64,000 bases of DNA from the NCBI GenBank assembly GCA_019244185.1, contig JAFATB010000014.1, positions 680,637 through 744,636 of the forward strand, read 5' to 3'. The stretch's first letter is position 1, and the number at the start of each line of letters is the position of its first letter. Source of the stretch: Acidobacteriota bacterium (GTDB lineage: Bacteria > Acidobacteriota > Thermoanaerobaculia > Gp7-AA8). Shown here piece after piece: positions 28,991 to 36,511 of the stretch. Under the pieces are notes generated by a model. The model saw only the letters and a list, made by a program, of their open reading frames with translations. It was not told where the DNA came from and ran no database searches. Made by a program: the position numbers and the translations under genes.

Positions 28991-29786
28991 GTTGCAGAAG
29001 ACGTTCTTCGCGGGCACGCCGAACGAAGTGCGTGCGTTGCGCGGCGTGTCGCTGCAGATCGAGGACGGCTCGTTCGTCATCGTCATCGGCACGAACGGCT
29101 CGGGGAAGTCGACGCTGCTGAACGCGGTCGCGGGCAGTTTCTTCGTCGATCGCGGCGCGATTCAGATCGCGGGGAAGGACGTCACGCGCTGGCCGGAGCA
29201 TCGCCGCGCGTCGATGATCGGACGCGTCTTTCAGAATCCCTTCAGCGGCACCGCGCCGACGATGACGGTCGCCGAGAACCTCGCGCTCGCGGCGCGGCGC
29301 GGTCAGCCGCGCGGGCTGGGGCGGCTGCTGCCGGCGCGGATCCAGAAAGAGCTGCGCGACCGCGTGGCCTCGCTGAACATGCAGCTCGAGACGCGCATGC
29401 ACAATCCGATCGGCACGCTCTCCGGCGGCCAGCGCCAGGCGCTGACGCTGCTGATGGCGACGTGGCGGCGCCCCGATCTGCTGCTGCTCGACGAGCACAC
29501 CGCGGCGCTCGATCCGAAGAGCGCCGATCAGATCGTGCGGCTCACCGAGGAGATCGTGTCCGAGCATCGGCTGACGACGCTGATGGTGACGCACTCGATG
29601 CAGCAGGCGGCGACGCTCGGCGACCGCATCGTGATGATGAATCAGGGCAACGTGCACGCCGACTACGCCGGCGCGCACCGCCGCCACCTCCGCGCCGACG
29701 ATCTCGTCCGCCGCTTCGACGAGATCCGCCGCGAGGAACGCCTCGACGCCTCCGCGGCGCAGCTGTTGCGCGAGACCTACGTCTGA
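28974..29786 (+). CDS. ABC transporter ATP-binding protein
   Basis: GTNGSGKST, RVFQNP, LSGGQRQAL, LLLDEHTAALDP, MVTH. Confidence 0.95.
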   Translation: MLQLRELQKTFFAGTPNEVRALRGVSLQIEDGSFVIVIGTNGSGKSTLLNAVAGSFFVDRGAIQIAGKDVTRWPEHRRASMIGRVFQNPFSGTAPTMTVAENLALAARRGQPRGLGRLLPARIQKELRDRVASLNMQLETRMHNPIGTLSGGQRQALTLLMATWRRPDLLLLDEHTAALDPKSADQIVRLTEEIVSEHRLTTLMVTHSMQQAATLGDRIVMMNQGNVHADYAGAHRRHLRADDLVRRFDEIRREERLDASAAQLLRETYV

Positions 29787-29836
29787 CGCGCGGCCCGTCC
29801 TGTACGACCCATATCGTGTTTGTTGTTGAACGGCGC

Positions 29837-30640
29837 TCATTCGCGCACGATCTGGTACGCGATGAGAATGACACCGACGACAAACAATGCACATGCCGCG
29901 GCGACTGAGGGGATCTCCGGCGGCCGATGGCCTTTGACAATTTCGTACAAGCTCGAAAAGGCCCCGCTCAGGAATGCGCCGCCGAGCATGCCGCAGAGGG
30001 CGTGCAACTTACGGCGTCGTTGCCGCGCGATGTTCTTCACCGCCATCGTTACGTAAAAACCCGAGATCGCAGGCGCGTCGTGCCGACGCATCACGCCGAC
30101 GCATTCCATGAGGAGGTCGTGAATGTACCGGTCGACAGAATCATGAAAGGCGCTGAGGCCGTCCGGTGCAAACGGCGAAACCGGAAGATTGCGCAGCTGC
30201 TTACGCGCCGCTTCGGTGATCGTGGGATTCGTGATGCCAAGAGTCATGTCCCTGCTTCCTTCCTGTGCGAGACCCGCCGCTCCGATTGCGCGCCGGTAGA
30301 CGTCTTTCGTCTGCCGCTCCAGTGCTTTCAGCATGGTCGAAGCGCTTCGTCCAGGCGTGTTCGCGAGCAACCGCGCGACCGCCGTGATGAAGCCGGCGAG
30401 AATGGCGATGAGGCTCACGGTGAGCTCGCGTTCGAATGTGAGGGCGAACATGCCAGCGACCGAGACCGCCCCGGTAAGTGCGGTGGCGATGGTGACCGTT
30501 ACGCTCAGGACGAACCGTGACGCCGACGAATCACTCTCAATCATTTTCTCGACGCGGCGATAGACCTCAGCAGCACTGAGATTGTTCGCGCGCAGACGAC
30601 GAAGCTGCTCCAGGAGCTCTTCCAGCGTTTTTCTGTTCAC
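29837..30640 (-). CDS. Membrane protein: N-terminal 2-TM module, candidate histone fold, 2 C-terminal TM helices (possibly two genes; internal ATG 30247)
   Basis: GTG 30640 overlaps the upstream stop (GTGA). PFAPDGLSAFHDSVDRYIHDLLMECVGVMRRHDAPAISGFYVTMAVKNI fits histone alpha2-L2-alpha3, followed by GMLGGAFLSG and ALFVVGVILIAY TMs. Confidence 0.65.
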   Translation of the reverse strand: MNRKTLEELLEQLRRLRANNLSAAEVYRRVEKMIESDSSASRFVLSVTVTIATALTGAVSVAGMFALTFERELTVSLIAILAGFITAVARLLANTPGRSASTMLKALERQTKDVYRRAIGAAGLAQEGSRDMTLGITNPTITEAARKQLRNLPVSPFAPDGLSAFHDSVDRYIHDLLMECVGVMRRHDAPAISGFYVTMAVKNIARQRRRKLHALCGMLGGAFLSGAFSSLYEIVKGHRPPEIPSVAAACALFVVGVILIAYQIVRE

Positions 30641-31488
30641 ACGCGTCCCTCGAGAGATTCCTGGTCGGCCTTGTAGTCGAGCAGCCGCTGCGGGACCGTG
30701 GTTCCGAAGCGATAGTTGGACGGGTTGTCGCCGCAACGATCGAGTACGGCACGCCAGAAGGTCTTCAATTCATGGACAGGTGGACGAGCCACGCGCTGTC
30801 CCGACGTCGGCACTGTCGGCAGAATCGCAGTGACACTTGCACCGTTTAGTTGCAGCAACGATACGGGCGGGAGCGCGCGGGCCGCGGCGATTTCGCGTTC
30901 GATGGAGGTCTTCTGCAACTTCACCGGCTTGTGCAGCAGCGAATCGCCGCAGTCTTCGAGCATGTCGCTGACCACCACGATCTCGGCAGCGGTGCCTGGT
31001 TCCGTAATTTCTTCCGCTTTGCGGAATGCGCCTGAGACGCATGTGTGATTCCGGCCGTCGGCCGGCCCGGCAAGTAATGTTCTCAGTTTGTCCGCGACGT
31101 CCCGGCTCCATTTCGCGCGCGCCATATCGACGGCTACGGCATCGCTCGTAGTCTGAATCTGCGGCAGTTGGTCATTGAAGACGGCTCCGGCGCGCTGCAC
31201 GTCTTCAAGCAGGGGAAACACGTACAAGTGAGCGCCTGTCGGTAGGAGACCGATGATCGTTTGTACGTTGGCAATGACCGACGCCTGTTCCTGCGGCGTA
31301 AGACTGCGGGTGACGTCTGCAAAGACGATGAACAGACGCGGTGATGCCGGTGTTTCGACCGATCCGGCCGAGGAGGACGCGGACGGTGCCATCGCTGCGT
31401 TGCTGCCGGTTGATGTCGTCGGCTGCTTACCGCCGCAAGCGATGACGACGGCGACGACGACGAGGCTCAGCGCGGATCGCCGAATCAC
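30637..31488 (-). CDS. Lipoprotein with vWA-like domain
   Basis: Lipobox VIAC; FIVFADVTRS (DxTxS), HTCV and IVVVSDMLED MIDAS-like elements. Confidence 0.7.
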   Translation of the reverse strand: MIRRSALSLVVVAVVIACGGKQPTTSTGSNAAMAPSASSSAGSVETPASPRLFIVFADVTRSLTPQEQASVIANVQTIIGLLPTGAHLYVFPLLEDVQRAGAVFNDQLPQIQTTSDAVAVDMARAKWSRDVADKLRTLLAGPADGRNHTCVSGAFRKAEEITEPGTAAEIVVVSDMLEDCGDSLLHKPVKLQKTSIEREIAAARALPPVSLLQLNGASVTAILPTVPTSGQRVARPPVHELKTFWRAVLDRCGDNPSNYRFGTTVPQRLLDYKADQESLEGRV

Positions 31489-32708
31489 GATGACGTTCTC
31501 TCCTGGACTGGTGCTGCAGTTTCGCTGAAGTGACGTTCGGCGACGCCGAGCCTACGTTTCAATGCGACCTGAATGCGCTCGTGCAACCGTCGCCCGTCAT
31601 GCAACGTCTCCGGGACGAGAACGCCTCTCAGGAATCCTTGTTCGTAAAGGCTCATGGCTACGGCCTCAACGCGTCCTGCGTCGAGTTGAGCTGCCGCGGC
31701 AGCCTCGTTTTCGGCGCTTTTCACGAGGGCCTCGGTCTTCCGCGCTTCGGCCATCAGCTCGTCCGCAGCGGATCGCGTCTCTCGACAGCTCTTTCTCAGG
31801 ACGCGATACCGATTGATGTTCTGAATGCGACTCCAGCCGACGGACGCACAGATGCCGCCGATGATCGGCAGCGTCAGCGTCAGCAGCACGAACGACATTC
31901 CGGCGTCTCTCTGCATCTTTGCGGTAAGGCCGACGACGTCGGCGGCCATGCCGTTCGTATCGGTTGCCGTCGCGCGCCGCGCTTCCTGCAGCGATTTAAC
32001 GCCGGTGCGCAGTTCCGCGAGGTAGTAGAGATTCCACGTGACGAGCGTAATGAGCCCGACGACCATGACGCCGGACACGATGCGCATCCAGAGCTTGTGC
32101 TGTAACGCCGGCTTGAAGAAGAAGTCCGCGACGAATTTGAAGAAGAGACCCAGCGCCGCGATGCCGATCGCGAAGGCGAGCGGTTCCCACATGGATCTCC
32201 AGTCCAGCCGGATCGAGTCGAGGTTTGCGAGTTTCGCGTAGTTCGTTTTGATCTCGAGACCATCGGCGGCGAGAAGCGAAAGCGGCAGATCTGCAATCCA
32301 AAGGATTGCCGCTACGACGCAGTAAACGACACCCAGAGGCCAGGAAAAACTTGCCGGACTGTCGAGACGGTGGCGCTCGAGCGCGATGAATCCCTCTTCG
32401 ATCCGTACGGCGTCGCCGCGCGCCCGGTCGGCACGCTCGACGGCCGTGTGCATATCGGCTTTCGCCAGTTCGACGCGATGCGTCGTCGCTGCGCGTACTG
32501 CAGCGCACCACTGCTCGGCGCGATGACGGTAGACCGCTGAAATCTGCGGTGCGCGAACGCCGAGGCGACCGTCCGTCCAGCCCCGACGGTACTCCGCTTC
32601 ACCGTACGAAGTCGGTAGCGGTTCACCCGAACTGTCATCGAAGCGTTCGTTGGTGTCGTTGCCTGCCAGTGGCCATGCGGAAACTTCATGTACTGTGTTG
32701 TCCGTCAT
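31485..32708 (-). CDS. Multi-pass membrane protein flanked by coiled coils
   Basis: About four TM helices with helical, charged flanks; YRRGW and YEQGF motifs near the two ends; ATGA overlaps. Confidence 0.75.
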   Translation of the reverse strand: MTDNTVHEVSAWPLAGNDTNERFDDSSGEPLPTSYGEAEYRRGWTDGRLGVRAPQISAVYRHRAEQWCAAVRAATTHRVELAKADMHTAVERADRARGDAVRIEEGFIALERHRLDSPASFSWPLGVVYCVVAAILWIADLPLSLLAADGLEIKTNYAKLANLDSIRLDWRSMWEPLAFAIGIAALGLFFKFVADFFFKPALQHKLWMRIVSGVMVVGLITLVTWNLYYLAELRTGVKSLQEARRATATDTNGMAADVVGLTAKMQRDAGMSFVLLTLTLPIIGGICASVGWSRIQNINRYRVLRKSCRETRSAADELMAEARKTEALVKSAENEAAAAAQLDAGRVEAVAMSLYEQGFLRGVLVPETLHDGRRLHERIQVALKRRLGVAERHFSETAAPVQERTSS

Positions 32709-34678
32709 TTTTTCGTCCCTTCTGGGAGCGGAGGGGGAAGGGGTATCGCAAACCGGAGCGAGCGTGTGGCCGCCTCCTGAGAGAGAATCAGGAGCCGCAG
32801 TTCGTTCGCTCCTTTTCCCGCCCGCGCGATCAGTTCGGCGTCCTCGGCGGTGGACTCATCGACCCGTCCTTGCGTCTCTGCCAGTTCGCGGCGAAGTTCC
32901 TTTCGCCGTTCGAGTGAGGTCTCCCGTTCGATCTCTTCGATCTTGTTCGCGATTCGTTGTTTGCTCTCCTCCAGGCGCGAAATTTGACGTGACAGCTTCG
33001 TGATGGCCTCGAACAATTCGGGCGGCAAACCAGCGTCGAACGCCGCGAACTCGAAAGACGCAGTGAGCTGGGAAGTCTTCTTCCGCGATAACGGCCATAG
33101 GCTCACGGTGTACCAGTGTTTCTTTCCTGAGTTGCCGTTCGACATGCCATACCCGTTGCCGAGGCTTAGCGCGCGTTGAAACTTTTCAATACGCAAACGC
33201 TCGCGCGCGTAATCGGCGTCGATCTGGATCTGCCGTTGCAGCGCACGGCGGGAAAGCTGTGGTTGCTCGGGGCCGTACGTGTAGAAGCGGGTGTCAGCTT
33301 CAATTTCGCGCAAGCGCTCCTGCGTTTTGTCCACGTCCTTGTAAACACCTTTGTAGACGAGACCGTAGGCCAGCGACAGAGAGCCGAGAAGCATGAAAAG
33401 CATCCAGAGACCCCACCGCGCATCGCGCGCGAGGTACGCTGCCAACGTCACTGCGGCGATCAGGGCCAGCGGCGCGACCGCGAATTCCCATGAACTGCTG
33501 AAACTGCGGCCATCGTTCCGCGGCTCGATGATTTTGATCGCATACATCATTGTGACCGCGGCGGTGAGCATTGCGATCGTGCTTCCGATCGCCGTGTTGG
33601 TGAGGGTCGACAGTAAGTGACGGAAAACGCCCTGCTCCGTGCGGCCTGCGGCAACGAATGCTACGATCATGCATCCCGCGAGAACGTAGGGTAGCGACGC
33701 GATCAGCCTGATGTATGAATGGCGCGTGATGTCGGCCTGGCCGAAATGCAGGCCTGGAATGGACGTCGAGCGCCGTTCGAGTTTTTTCCATGAGTCGTAG
33801 AAACGGTGCATCAGCCAGTCGACACCGATCGTTGCGAATAGGAGTAAAAGGACGCATGCGAAAAGCAGCGTGAAAGGCGTCTCAAATCGTGACAGCGACT
33901 GGTTCGGTAAGTCCGCGAATGATCGGGCTGTCGTCAGCACCCAGTCGATGGTGAAGTCGTCATCGATCAATTGAGCAAATACTGCTCCGATTGCCGGAAC
34001 GGAGGCGTATCCGACCCACGCCAGGAATCCTGCGAGAGTGCGGGTGATGAGGGCCGCGCTCAAGCGAGACGATCGCTGCTCGACTTCCTCTGCTAGTGTG
34101 CGCAGTTTCTCCGTCCGCGCTTTGAGCTCTTCGAGCTTTCGGGCACGACTCTCCGCCGCTGCCTCCCACGACTTTTTCCGCTCCTGAAATTCTCTGAGCG
34201 CGTCGCCATGGAGCCTGTCGCGAGCTTCCTGGCGCTGAATGTCGAGCTGCTGGATTTGAGCTGCAACTAGGGCCTGTGCGTTGGCCAACCGTTTCTCGTT
34301 GAGCTCTCGTTGGGCCCCGTCGAGTTGCGCCTGAAGGCCATCGAGCTCGCTGTCAATCCGCGCCGCCTCCGCGGAGTGCTCGCGGAGTTCCTCGGCGAGC
34401 GGCGTATGGACGGCCAGTTCTTCGTGAATGCGAGCCGCGTTTTGTAGAAGTTGTGAGCGTTCCCGATCCCCTCGAGCGATAATTGCAGCGCGTACGTTTC
34501 CCTCGATCGTCCTGACCCATACATCCATTTCGCGTCCATCCGACCCGCCATCGGGGAATGCCGCGCGGACGGTCGCTGCGTCGAGGACATCGTCGACCGT
34601 TACGAGGCCGGACGCCGGCCGTAGCAAGAGCACGGGCGTGCTTGCCGCGTCTTCTTTTGCGTCATCGTCAATGTCCAT
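32705..34678 (-). CDS. Coiled-coil, multi-TM membrane protein
   Basis: Long N- and C-terminal coiled coils around ~6 TM helices; ATG 34678 preceded by GGAGGAGAGG. Confidence 0.75.
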   Translation of the reverse strand: MDIDDDAKEDAASTPVLLLRPASGLVTVDDVLDAATVRAAFPDGGSDGREMDVWVRTIEGNVRAAIIARGDRERSQLLQNAARIHEELAVHTPLAEELREHSAEAARIDSELDGLQAQLDGAQRELNEKRLANAQALVAAQIQQLDIQRQEARDRLHGDALREFQERKKSWEAAAESRARKLEELKARTEKLRTLAEEVEQRSSRLSAALITRTLAGFLAWVGYASVPAIGAVFAQLIDDDFTIDWVLTTARSFADLPNQSLSRFETPFTLLFACVLLLLFATIGVDWLMHRFYDSWKKLERRSTSIPGLHFGQADITRHSYIRLIASLPYVLAGCMIVAFVAAGRTEQGVFRHLLSTLTNTAIGSTIAMLTAAVTMMYAIKIIEPRNDGRSFSSSWEFAVAPLALIAAVTLAAYLARDARWGLWMLFMLLGSLSLAYGLVYKGVYKDVDKTQERLREIEADTRFYTYGPEQPQLSRRALQRQIQIDADYARERLRIEKFQRALSLGNGYGMSNGNSGKKHWYTVSLWPLSRKKTSQLTASFEFAAFDAGLPPELFEAITKLSRQISRLEESKQRIANKIEEIERETSLERRKELRRELAETQGRVDESTAEDAELIARAGKGANELRLLILSQEAATRSLRFAIPLPPPLPEGTKK

Positions 34679-34753
34679 CCTCTCCTCCGCCGGACGGCAC
34701 TCTCTGCCTGCTACGGACACCAGCCATTTCGCGAATGTGAGATGAACGCTGAC

Positions 34754-36502
34754 TCATGTTCGTGGACGGCGCGTGAGTCCTCGCACGAGCAGGCAGGCAG
34801 CGGCCGCGGATATGAAGATCGCAATCGCGATCCACGTCACTGGCGGCGTTTGTTCGAATGCGACATCCGCCGGCGTAAAGCAGACGTTGTAGGTCTCAGG
34901 GAGCAATGCGCGCTCCGCCGAGAGATGTAGGCGATAGCGTCCGGGTGCCGCCGCGCCCTCGATGTGCGCCTCCAACACGCCGTTGCGCACATGGAACGCG
35001 GCGCGGTTCGGAGTCAGGTGATCCTCACGATAGACCGCAAGACGGAGCCACTGCGGCGCCGGTCCCGTATCCAGTGAGTACCAGTCCACGCGGCGGCGCG
35101 CTTCGTCACGGCAATCGATCGCGATCCGCGTGGGCCATGTCCACATGCCCATGGCGACGGTGCTGGTGCGGAAGGCACGGACGCGACAGTCGATCCGCTC
35201 GGCAGGTGTAACGGTAAAGCCCGACCAGTGGTCGTGAAAGATCGCTAGTTCGCGGCCGTTGATATTCCGCGTGGTGATCCGGACATCGGTCCAGTAGCGG
35301 CCGGCGCGATGACAGGCGATGGAATGTGCAACGATGAACGTAGCCGGTGCGGACGCACGCACTCGCACCATGGCCGTGGGAACATGCGCGCCTGCTGGCG
35401 TCACCAGCATTAGCGACAGAGAAAGAGGGTATTCCGGCAGCTCGAGCATCGGCGTGCCATTGCTGTCGACGAGTCGGTACGCGATACCGACCTCGTCATG
35501 CTGCCGCGGAGCGGTGCCGACGGACGGATACAGAAGCATCCCGCGCGCGAAGAACTGTTGAGAGAAGATCTTCACGTGCAGGCGCCCGGCGGGTACGCGG
35601 AACAACCATTGGCCCGGCGCCGGACGATGGACGGTCACCGCGACGAGTGTGTCTCCCAGATGTACGCGTTCGACGCCCGCACTACTGTCGTTCAGCGGCC
35701 ACAACGTGTCGGGCGCGTAGATGTCGACCCGTCCCGTGGGCTTGGATCGCGAGACGATGTCGAACACAACCACATCAAGATAGGGCGCTACAACCAGCAC
35801 CTCGGCCGATTCCGATGCGGCAGTCGTCGTATCGCTTTCGCGCGACGGAGCGCCGAGGATCGTTGTGAAGACGGAGTGGATTGCCCGCACCGCGGTGATG
35901 CGGTTGCGCTGTAAGGCGTGTACACGGTTGTGAGAAACGGATTGCCATAAACCTCGAGGCACACCGCCATGGATGCCATTGAGCAAGAAAACATCGATCG
36001 TCGCCGGCCCGAGATCGGCGGCCGTCATGCGCAGCAACTCACATGAGACACATCGTCCGCCGGCGGGACGACCGTTGGGAATGCCATCTGTCACCAGTAC
36101 AACTGCGCGGCGCCTTAGCGGGTCGTCCGGCAATGACGCCAGCAAGTCGCGTGACGTTTCGAACGCGCCGACGAGGTTTGTCCGTCCGAGGTGCGTTCGA
36201 GCGGTCGCATCAATGACGCGCCGGATCCCTTCGTGGTCTCGAGCGACGACCGTGAAGGGGAGGTCGATGCGTACGGTCGTACCGAAACTGACCAATGCGA
36301 GCCGGTGCATGAGGTGCGATGTCGTCGCGCTGTGTGCGAGCAACTCGGCGGCGACGATGCTGACCGTGGAGGAAATACCTGCAGAGTCCCTCGTGCTCGC
36401 TGACCGATCGATGAGCACGAGCAGATCGACACCGGCATCCGCGTACACGGCCCGACTGACCAGGATCAGCGCGAGCAGTGTCGGGACGACGAACCTGGAC
36501 AC
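34754..36502 (-). CDS. Exported vWA domain protein with C-terminal TM anchor
   Basis: Signal peptide; DLLVLIDRSAS, GRTNL, VLVTDG MIDAS; beta-rich region; terminal TM plus basic tail. Confidence 0.85.
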   Translation of the reverse strand: MSRFVVPTLLALILVSRAVYADAGVDLLVLIDRSASTRDSAGISSTVSIVAAELLAHSATTSHLMHRLALVSFGTTVRIDLPFTVVARDHEGIRRVIDATARTHLGRTNLVGAFETSRDLLASLPDDPLRRRAVVLVTDGIPNGRPAGGRCVSCELLRMTAADLGPATIDVFLLNGIHGGVPRGLWQSVSHNRVHALQRNRITAVRAIHSVFTTILGAPSRESDTTTAASESAEVLVVAPYLDVVVFDIVSRSKPTGRVDIYAPDTLWPLNDSSAGVERVHLGDTLVAVTVHRPAPGQWLFRVPAGRLHVKIFSQQFFARGMLLYPSVGTAPRQHDEVGIAYRLVDSNGTPMLELPEYPLSLSLMLVTPAGAHVPTAMVRVRASAPATFIVAHSIACHRAGRYWTDVRITTRNINGRELAIFHDHWSGFTVTPAERIDCRVRAFRTSTVAMGMWTWPTRIAIDCRDEARRRVDWYSLDTGPAPQWLRLAVYREDHLTPNRAAFHVRNGVLEAHIEGAAAPGRYRLHLSAERALLPETYNVCFTPADVAFEQTPPVTWIAIAIFISAAAACLLVRGLTRRPRT

Positions 36503-36511
36503 GCTGAGTCC

